From NCBI GenBank assembly GCA_035466795.1, contig DATIUN010000003.1, positions 1-44,256 of the forward strand: DNA of 44,256 bases. Direction: 5' to 3'. The notes under the pieces were generated by a model. It did not search any database, had not been told where the DNA came from, and saw only the letters and a list, made by a program, of their open reading frames with translations. Shown here in pieces: positions 25,521 to 32,251 of this stretch; within the stretch, counting starts at the first letter, position 1; every line of letters begins with the position of its first letter. The position numbers were made by a program, and so were the translations under genes. The DNA comes from Azonexus sp. GTDB lineage: Bacteria; Pseudomonadota; Gammaproteobacteria; Burkholderiales; Rhodocyclaceae.

Positions 25521-25988
25521 TCAGCCGCCGCAGCCGCCCATCGTGACCTTGACTTCCTTGCTCGTCATGAAGAACTTGCCATCCGACTTGACCACCGCGA
25601 AAACGTTGGAGGTCTGTCCCATCTTGACGCGGGTCTGGATGTTCGGCTCCGTACCCGCCGGCAGCGTGAAGCTGGCGGCCAGGGTGCTCGGGTTCTTTTC
25701 GATCATGATGGCGACCATCGTGATATTCGGCAGCGTCGAGGCAACACCGATTGGCACCACCGCGCCGTTTTCGGCGATATCGGGCGCCGTCAGCTGGACG
25801 TCCTTGCTGTCGGCCGGGGCCGTGGCGCCCAGCGCCTTCAGCGTGTCCGCCATGGACTTGGCATCGAAGGCAGCCTTGTTCCAGTCCGCCAGCGCGACGC
25901 CCGGGGTGATGATGCCGGCAGCGGCAAGAACGCTCAGGAGTGCAGCACCGGAGCCGGATTTCAATACATTACGACGTTGATTGTTCAT
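25521..25988 (-). CDS. soxY: Sulfur carrier subunit SoxY
   Basis: Tat motif RRNVLK, APDIAENG, C-terminal VKVTMGGCGG swinging arm. Confidence 0.98.
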   Translation of the reverse strand: MNNQRRNVLKSGSGAALLSVLAAAGIITPGVALADWNKAAFDAKSMADTLKALGATAPADSKDVQLTAPDIAENGAVVPIGVASTLPNITMVAIMIEKNPSTLAASFTLPAGTEPNIQTRVKMGQTSNVFAVVKSDGKFFMTSKEVKVTMGGCGG

Positions 25989-26167
25989 AACTTCTCCTCA
26001 AAAAATTCGATTGCTTGACACCAGACACCACCTGCTTGACCGGCCATGTAGTGATGCCCTCCTCCAATTGACTGGCTCGCGACCTCGGCCCCGGATTCCG
26101 GCACCCCGACCATCGTCCCTGACTTTCATGGCCGGATTTTTCCAACACCAATCCGGTTCACCATGTT

Positions 26168-26181
26168 TTGATCTACATCAA
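26168..26181. promoter_or_regulatory. FNR/DNR-family box
   Basis: TTGATCTACATCAA, a perfect TTGAT-N4-ATCAA. Confidence 0.8.
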
Positions 26182-26187
26182 TGCTGC

Positions 26188-26216
26188 AATGTATAACCGT
26201 GAAATCTGACGGTCAA
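26188..26216 (-). promoter_or_regulatory. Putative sigma70 promoter of soxYZAXB
   Basis: TTGACC-N17-TACATT. Confidence 0.65.
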
Positions 26217-26268
26217 CCGCAGCGTTTGCACAGCATAGCATCGACCTGAAAACTGTGTGGCACTTCAA

Positions 26269-26292
26269 ATATATTAGAAATTTCTAACATAT
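26269..26292. promoter_or_regulatory. AT-rich palindromic operator
   Basis: ATATATTAGAAATTTCTAACATAT, a 24-bp dyad with one mismatched pair. Confidence 0.65.
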
Positions 26293-26550
26293 CCTGAAGA
26301 ATGCCGTCAAGACACAAAAGCCGGGATTCGAAAAAAAAACTTGTCCATTCGATTTTTCTACTGCAGTATTTCGCCTACAACGTACGGGGCTTGCCGCGTA
26401 CCCAAAGAAGAAGAGGCTTAGGGGGAGAGGTTGGCCATGCGGCACCGAGTTTCCATCGTCAGGGACGTCGGTTATTGTCGCTTCCAGGCATTACCCCTCT
26501 ACAGTTGTTTCTCCATTGCCGGTTCAGGCCATAGCGAAAGGACTTGAAGG

Positions 26551-27195
26551 ATGTCTGAGAATAACGAGGGGAAGGAATGCGCCACCACACCCAAGCGGGG
26601 ATTTTTCGGTCGCCTGCTTAACCCGCCCAAGTGCTCGATGTTGCAGATGATCGTCATCGGCGTCTTCGGCGGCATCATCATCTGGGGCGGCCTCAACATG
26701 GGCATGGAATACACGAACCACTCGGAGTTCTGTACCTCCTGTCACGAGATGACCATTCCCTTCGAGGAACTCAAGAAGACCGTCCATTTCAAAAACCGTA
26801 GCGGCGCCACGGCGCAGTGCGCGGATTGCCACGTCGCCAGCAGCAAGACGCCGACCGACTACATGTTCAAGTCATTCCAGAAGATCATGGCGGCGCGCGA
26901 TGTCATCGGCCACATCAAGGGTACGATCGACACCCCGGAGAAATACGAAGCCTATCGCCTGACCATGGCCGAGCGTGTCTGGGAGCGCATGATCCAGCGC
27001 GACTCGAAGGAGTGTCGCAACTGCCACCGGTTCGAGTCCATGGACACCGAGAAACAGAAGGATCGCTCCGTCGTCAAGCACGAGGGCGCCATCGAGGACG
27101 GCAAGACCTGCATCGAATGCCACAAGGGAATCGCGCACAAGCCGGTGCATAACCAGGCCGGTGGCGAGTCCGGGGCACCAAAATCCGAAGGCTGA
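26551..27195 (+). CDS. NapC/NirT-family membrane tetraheme cytochrome c
   Basis: N-terminal TM helix; CTSCH(EM), CADCH, CRNCH, CIECH(KGIAH); NRSG motif. Confidence 0.93.
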   Translation: MSENNEGKECATTPKRGFFGRLLNPPKCSMLQMIVIGVFGGIIIWGGLNMGMEYTNHSEFCTSCHEMTIPFEELKKTVHFKNRSGATAQCADCHVASSKTPTDYMFKSFQKIMAARDVIGHIKGTIDTPEKYEAYRLTMAERVWERMIQRDSKECRNCHRFESMDTEKQKDRSVVKHEGAIEDGKTCIECHKGIAHKPVHNQAGGESGAPKSEG

Positions 27196-27240
27196 CCAGA
27201 TTGAATTCTTTGTAATAAACAATCGAACAGGAGCAGATTC

Positions 27241-28146
27241 ATGAACAAAATCGCTGTAGCAGTCATGGGCATGTTTGTCGCTGGCGGGGCCTTTGCCGCG
27301 CCACCCGACTGGAGCAAGGTCCCCGAGCGCAAGATCAAGCTGTTCTACCCCGGCCAGTCGAGCCTGGAATGGGTGATGAACAAGGCCGACCATTCGGCCG
27401 TGCCCGACATCGTCGACAAGAAGCGCCCCTGCGCCAAGTGCCACGAGGGCGATGCCAACGAGATCGGCGACAAGATCGTCGCCGGCAAGCCGGTCGGCAG
27501 TTCAAAGGTCTCGCTGGAACCGAAGCCGCCGGCCGGCAAGGTTGGCTGGATTCCGGTTACCTTCAAGGCGGCGCATGACGGCGAGAAGATCTACTTCCGC
27601 TTCGAGTGGGTGCCGCCGAAGAACGGCGATGTCAAGATGGACAAGAAGAACGAAGTCAAGCTGGCCATGATGTTCGACGGCGGCGGCACGGTCGAGGGCG
27701 CCGATCTGAACGGCTGCTGGGGCACCTGTCACAGCGATCTGCGCGGCATGAAGGACGCCAAGGACGACAAGAAAACCAAGTACATCAAGGGCGCCGACCT
27801 CGCCGGCGGCAAGTTCATGGACCTGATGCAGTATCGCAGCGGCAAGGGCGAGAAGCCGGTGGATGGTCACGTTGCCGACAAGCGCGTCATGGAAGGCGGC
27901 AAGGCGCTGGTCAAGGCCGAGGGCGTCAAGGAAGGCAACAAGTGGGTCGTCACTTTCGAACGCAGCCTCGCCGGCGGCGCCCCGGGTGACCACACCATCA
28001 AGGCCGACAAGATCTACAACTTTGGCTTCGCGATTCACGAAGACTTCTCCGAAGCACGCTACCACTACGTCTCGCTCGGCTACCAGTTCGGCCTCGACAA
28101 GACCGTGGACGGCGTCAAGAGCTATTACAACGTCACCAAGCAATAA
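27241..28146 (+). CDS. Periplasmic diheme cytochrome c552, NirB-like
   Basis: Signal peptide; DWS..LFYPG..EW, CAKCH, atypical CWGTCH, YNFGFAIH..RYHYVSLGY, as recalled for Pseudomonas stutzeri NirB. Confidence 0.8.
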   Translation: MNKIAVAVMGMFVAGGAFAAPPDWSKVPERKIKLFYPGQSSLEWVMNKADHSAVPDIVDKKRPCAKCHEGDANEIGDKIVAGKPVGSSKVSLEPKPPAGKVGWIPVTFKAAHDGEKIYFRFEWVPPKNGDVKMDKKNEVKLAMMFDGGGTVEGADLNGCWGTCHSDLRGMKDAKDDKKTKYIKGADLAGGKFMDLMQYRSGKGEKPVDGHVADKRVMEGGKALVKAEGVKEGNKWVVTFERSLAGGAPGDHTIKADKIYNFGFAIHEDFSEARYHYVSLGYQFGLDKTVDGVKSYYNVTKQ

Positions 28147-28196
28147 TCGTGAATGCACGATCCGGCAGTTCAAATCATCATCAGGAGGAGACAACG

Positions 28197-28775
28197 ATGA
28201 AACAGCGATGGAGCATGGGGGTTCTGGCGGCAGGCGCCCTGTCACTGTCGGCGACGGCTTTTGCCGCCGCGCCGACGCCCGAAATGATTTCGTTTTCCTG
28301 TGCCGGCTGTCACGGTACGAACGGCGGCAGCGCCGGCTTGACCATGCCGAGCCTTGCCAGCCAGTCGAAGACGGCGATCGTCGACGCGATGAAGAAATTC
28401 AAGAGCGGCGAACGCCCGTCCACCGTCATGGGGCGCCTGGCCAAGGGCTATTCCGACGCTGACATCGAAAAGATGGCGGAATTTTTCTCGAAGCAGAAGT
28501 TCCATCCCACGCAGCAGGTCGTCGACGCCACCAAGGTCAAGCGGGGCGCTGCCCTGCAGGAAGCCAACTGTTCGCGCTGTCACCTCGAGGACGGCAAGGA
28601 AGGCAAGGATGACACGCCGGTGATGGCCAGCCAGTGGCTGACCTACCTGCAGATGCAGATGGATCTCTATCAGTCAGGCAAGCGCAAGATGCCGGAAAAA
28701 ATGGCCGAGAAGGTCAAGCCGCTGTCCAAGGAAGATATCGAAGCGCTGCTCCATTTCTACGCCAGCGTCAAATAA
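28197..28775 (+). CDS. fccA: Diheme cytochrome subunit of flavocytochrome c sulfide dehydrogenase
   Basis: AGGAGG before ATG 28197; signal peptide; CAGCHGTNG, STVMGRLAKGY, CSRCH; directly upstream of fccB. Confidence 0.88.
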   Translation: MKQRWSMGVLAAGALSLSATAFAAAPTPEMISFSCAGCHGTNGGSAGLTMPSLASQSKTAIVDAMKKFKSGERPSTVMGRLAKGYSDADIEKMAEFFSKQKFHPTQQVVDATKVKRGAALQEANCSRCHLEDGKEGKDDTPVMASQWLTYLQMQMDLYQSGKRKMPEKMAEKVKPLSKEDIEALLHFYASVK

Positions 28776-28788
28776 GGGAGAACACAAC

Positions 28789-30087
28789 ATGACATTGGAT
28801 CGCAGAAGTTTTATCAAGGTATTGGGCAGCGCTTCCGGCCTGGCTCTCGCCGGCTGTGCCGCACAGGGCCCCGTCGGCTCGACCACCGAAATCATGCCCA
28901 AGGGTGCCGCCCGCCGCGTCGTCGTCATCGGCGGCGGCTTCGGTGGTGCGATTGCCGCCAAATATGTACGTATGCTCGACAAGTCGATCGAAGTGGTTCT
29001 GATCGAACAGAACCGGCAGTTCATCTCCTGTCCGTTCAGCAACTTCTACATTGCCGGCCTGATGAACGACATGTCGACGCTGACCATCGGCTACGACAAA
29101 CTGGCGGCCAATCACGGCATCAAGATGGTCTACGGCGTCGCGACCGCGATCGACCCGGCCGCCAAGAAGGTGGTGACCACCGAAGGCACGCTGACCTATG
29201 ACCGCCTGATCGTTTCTCCGGGCATCGACTTCCGCAACGAGGAGGTCGAGGGTTATACCGCCGATTCCGCGAACATCATTCCGCACGCCTGGAAGGCCGG
29301 TGCGCAAACCACGCTGCTGCGCAATCAGTTGCAGGCCATGCCCGACGGCGGCAAGGTCATCATCAGCATGCCGCTGGTCCCGTATCGCTGCCCGCCCGGC
29401 CCCTACGAGCGTGCCAGCCTGATCGCCAACTACCTGAAGAAGCACAAACCCAAGTCGAAGGTCATCCTGCTCGATGCCAACGCGGACGTGGTCGCCAAGA
29501 AGCCACTGTTCATGAAGGCCTGGAACACCTATTACAAGGGTATTTTCGAGTACATTCCCGGCAAGAAGGTGACCGGCGTCGACGTCGCCAACCGAACCCT
29601 GCTGGTCGAAGGCATCGAGGAATTCAAGGGTGACGTGGTCAACTTCATTCCGCCGCAGCGGGCGGCCGCCATCGCCGCCAAGGCAGGCCTGATCGGCGAG
29701 GACAAGAAGTGGTGTCCGGTCAATGTGACCACCTTCGAATCGACCCTGCAGAAAAACGTCCATGTCATCGGCGACTCCTCGATCGCCGGCGCCATGCCGA
29801 AATCAGGCTACTCCGCCAACTCCCAGGCCAAGGTCTGCGCCATCAACGTCGTGGCCTTGATGAACGGCAAGGAGTTGACGGAACTGTCGGGCATCAACGT
29901 CTGCTACAGCGCGATTTCCGATCACGAGTCGATCAGCGTTGCCGGTGTCTATACGGTGAAGGACGGCAAGATCATCGGGGTACCCGACTCGGGCGGCATT
30001 TCCCCGGTAGATTTCTCGATGACCAAGGCAGAGCACGCCTACGGCGAAAGCTGGCTGAGAAACATTCTCACCGAGATGTCGACCTGA
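28789..30087 (+). CDS. fccB: Flavocytochrome c sulfide dehydrogenase flavoprotein (FccB/SoxF), copy 1
   Basis: Tat RRSFIK, GGGFGG, SCPFSN (covalent FAD Cys), HAWKAG, CPPGPYER, PKSGYSANSQ, NVCYS. Confidence 0.93.
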   Translation: MTLDRRSFIKVLGSASGLALAGCAAQGPVGSTTEIMPKGAARRVVVIGGGFGGAIAAKYVRMLDKSIEVVLIEQNRQFISCPFSNFYIAGLMNDMSTLTIGYDKLAANHGIKMVYGVATAIDPAAKKVVTTEGTLTYDRLIVSPGIDFRNEEVEGYTADSANIIPHAWKAGAQTTLLRNQLQAMPDGGKVIISMPLVPYRCPPGPYERASLIANYLKKHKPKSKVILLDANADVVAKKPLFMKAWNTYYKGIFEYIPGKKVTGVDVANRTLLVEGIEEFKGDVVNFIPPQRAAAIAAKAGLIGEDKKWCPVNVTTFESTLQKNVHVIGDSSIAGAMPKSGYSANSQAKVCAINVVALMNGKELTELSGINVCYSAISDHESISVAGVYTVKDGKIIGVPDSGGISPVDFSMTKAEHAYGESWLRNILTEMST

Positions 30088-30107
30088 TCACCAGGCGCGC
30101 GACGAAC

Positions 30108-30137
30108 ACGAACCCCGCTGCGGCGGGGTTTGTTTTC
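30108..30137 (+). terminator. Intrinsic terminator after fccB copy 1
   Basis: ACGAACCCCGC-TGCG-GCGGGGTTTGT followed by TTTC. Confidence 0.8.
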
Positions 30138-30230
30138 TGGAATACCGGTAATGTCTTCCGGTAATATCGCGCTGGAGCAAGAACAGGACATGTCCAGTTC
30201 AACTCACATCCAACAAGGAGAAACAAGATA

Positions 30231-30809
30231 ATGCGGGCACTCAAATCGATACTGGCGATCATCGGCGCCATCGCAATCACCCTCGCCGTCGTCGGCTACG
30301 TCAAATACAAGCAGTTCATGAGCGAACTCGACCCCGAGGCAGGACGCGTCTTTTCGGAAATGTACGAAAAGTTCGAACCATCCAAAGACTGGGCGAACGC
30401 CATGATGTGGTCGTTCCCGGTGGCCAAGGGCATCAGCCCCGAGGAGGTCAAGCGCTCGTTGAACAGCCTGGCTTACGAACGCAACCTGTTCTTCGCCGGC
30501 GAGGCGCCATTCCACAAGCAGGCCGAGGCCGCCACCGGCAAACCGTATCGCTACACGAATTTCATGAGCTTCTGCGATGTCCGGGTCGGCATGATGATGA
30601 TCGATTACAACGACAAGTACTCCGCGTACATGCCATGCCGCATCGCCATCGTCGAGGACAAATCCGGCCAGGTCTGGCTGCATTCGATGAATCTCGACCT
30701 GATGATCTACGGTGGCAAACCCCTGCCGCCGGAAATGAAAGAGCAGGCGCTCAAGGTGCGCAATACGCTTTACGGGATCATGAAGGCGGCCGCCGAAGGC
30801 GACTTCTGA
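30231..30809 (+). CDS. DUF302-domain protein with N-terminal membrane anchor
   Basis: FMSFCD and AYMPCRIAIVED motifs; AAGGAG SD. Confidence 0.8.
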   Translation: MRALKSILAIIGAIAITLAVVGYVKYKQFMSELDPEAGRVFSEMYEKFEPSKDWANAMMWSFPVAKGISPEEVKRSLNSLAYERNLFFAGEAPFHKQAEAATGKPYRYTNFMSFCDVRVGMMMIDYNDKYSAYMPCRIAIVEDKSGQVWLHSMNLDLMIYGGKPLPPEMKEQALKVRNTLYGIMKAAAEGDF

Positions 30810-30870
30810 CCGTTCCCGCCCGTCGCGCAACTCAAGCGTGGCTCGACGGGCGGTCGGCGAAAAGCCGGAT

Positions 30871-31677
30871 CTACTTCATCAGCCTGGCCAGCATGGTGCC
30901 GTCGGCCGGTACCAGCGCATGCGCGGCTGGTGTTACATGGACCGTCGCCTTGCCCGCCAGCGGTGGCACGTTGTTGAGATCCTGGCTGAATCCCGGCACC
31001 ACGAAATCGCCGAGACCGAAGGGCGCAGCCCGCACCAGCGATACATACTCGATGCGCGGATGCGGTTGCGTGTTGAGCCAGTAAAGCGCGCTACCGGGCA
31101 CCGCCGGCGACAAATCGAGCAGCACTGGCCAGGAATCCTTGACGGCATAGTAATCGCGACCGCCGAAAATGTCCTTGACGAAGCCGACCGGACCCCTTTC
31201 ATGCGTCGCATCGAGCGCCTGCAGCGCGCGCTCGGTACCCAGATGCGGCGAGGCGATGGTGATCAGGCGGGTAACGCCGGAGGCCGGATCGCGAACCAGT
31301 GCCATGCGCGCCACCACACCGCCGGCCGAATGGCCGACCAGCGTGATCGACTCCTTGCCATGGCGAGACTTGAGCGCGCGCAGGGCGGCGAGCAGCATGT
31401 CGGACTGCACCCACAGCGGCGCGGTCGATGGCAGTTCGATGCTGTAGGTCACTTTCGCCGCGCCGGGCACGGGGGGCGGCAGCGCCATGACGCCGTTGCG
31501 CGGGAAAATGACGCCGGCGGGTTGCCAGCCATTGTCCGCCAGTACCGCATTGACGCCGCTGAACTCCCAGGAACCGGCATTGCCCAGATAGCCGTGCACC
31601 AGCAACGCCACATCGGCGCGAACGCCCTGGGTCAGGCCGGCGAACAACACACAGAAAACGAGCAGCAACTTGCGCAT
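30871..31677 (-). CDS. Secreted alpha/beta hydrolase (lipase/esterase-like)
   Basis: Signal peptide, LVHGY oxyanion motif, GHSAGG nucleophile elbow, ITIASPHLGT, GDFVV. Confidence 0.88.
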   Translation of the reverse strand: MRKLLLVFCVLFAGLTQGVRADVALLVHGYLGNAGSWEFSGVNAVLADNGWQPAGVIFPRNGVMALPPPVPGAAKVTYSIELPSTAPLWVQSDMLLAALRALKSRHGKESITLVGHSAGGVVARMALVRDPASGVTRLITIASPHLGTERALQALDATHERGPVGFVKDIFGGRDYYAVKDSWPVLLDLSPAVPGSALYWLNTQPHPRIEYVSLVRAAPFGLGDFVVPGFSQDLNNVPPLAGKATVHVTPAAHALVPADGTMLARLMK

Positions 31678-31697
31678 GATAATTTCCTCCCTCGTAG

Positions 31698-31713
31698 ATT
31701 AGCGCATTCTAAT
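31698..31713. promoter_or_regulatory. Second copy of ATTAG-N6-CTAAT palindrome
   Basis: ATTAGCGCATTCTAAT; same half-sites and spacing as 26273-26288. Confidence 0.55.
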
Positions 31714-31762
31714 ACAAGCCGCCGGTTTTGTGGACCTCGATGCAACGTCGGCAAATGCCACT

Positions 31763-31775
31763 CAAGTAGTTGATT
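31763..31775 (-). promoter_or_regulatory. IHF binding site
   Basis: AATCAACTACTTG matches WATCAA-N4-TTR exactly; AT-rich flank. Confidence 0.6.
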
Positions 31776-31850
31776 CATAACGGCATAAAAATTTTACTTC
31801 CGGCGAAACCCGTTGCCAGCGAAGCTCGGTTACCATGCTTGAACGGCCAG

Positions 31851-31867
31851 CAGGCACACGGCTTGCG
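31851..31867 (+). promoter_or_regulatory. sigma54 (-24/-12) promoter of second fccAB
   Basis: CAGGCACACGGCTTGCG: GG-N10-GC with GGCAC and TTGC; 65 bp before the ATG. Confidence 0.62.
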
Positions 31868-31931
31868 CTGACATGAACAAGGCACAAAATCCGGCCGGAT
31901 CGCGTATCAACCACACGGAGGAGATGTCACG

Positions 31932-32240
31932 ATGAAACTGCTACCCGCTACCATCACCGCACTGAACCTGCTTGCGGCAGCCGGCGCCGCACATGCCGCC
32001 GACCCGGACCTGGAGCGCAATCTTGCAGCCACCTGTGCCACCTGCCACGGCACCAATGGCCAGGCGGTTCAGGGCGCCGGCATGGAGGCATTGGCCGGCA
32101 TGGACAAGGCCAAGGCCCTGCAGAAACTGAACGAATTCAGGAGCGGTGCAAAGCCAGCCTCGATCATGCACCAGATATCGAAGGGCTTTACCGACGAGCA
32201 GCTCGATCTGATGGCTGCCTATTTCGCTGCGCAAAAGTAG
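31932..32240 (+). CDS. Monoheme cytochrome c subunit of flavocytochrome c (FccA-like)
   Basis: Signal peptide, LAATCATCHGTNG, SIMHQISKGF; upstream of second fccB. Confidence 0.88.
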   Translation: MKLLPATITALNLLAAAGAAHAADPDLERNLAATCATCHGTNGQAVQGAGMEALAGMDKAKALQKLNEFRSGAKPASIMHQISKGFTDEQLDLMAAYFAAQK

Positions 32241-32251
32241 GGGGACAAAGC

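Noticed and set aside
25969-26196. 60-71 aa ORFs upstream of soxY as a soxCD remnant
   Set aside because: No heme or molybdopterin-domain motifs; region is explained by promoter elements
26258-26275. TGGCAC as a sigma54 -24 element
   Set aside because: No GC at the -12 position
30816-30853. 10-bp inverted repeat between DUF302 and hydrolase genes as terminator or REP
   Set aside because: No U-tract, large loop, no second copy noticed
31879-31895. Second AGGCAC near the fcc2 promoter
   Set aside because: GG-N10 is followed by GG, not GC
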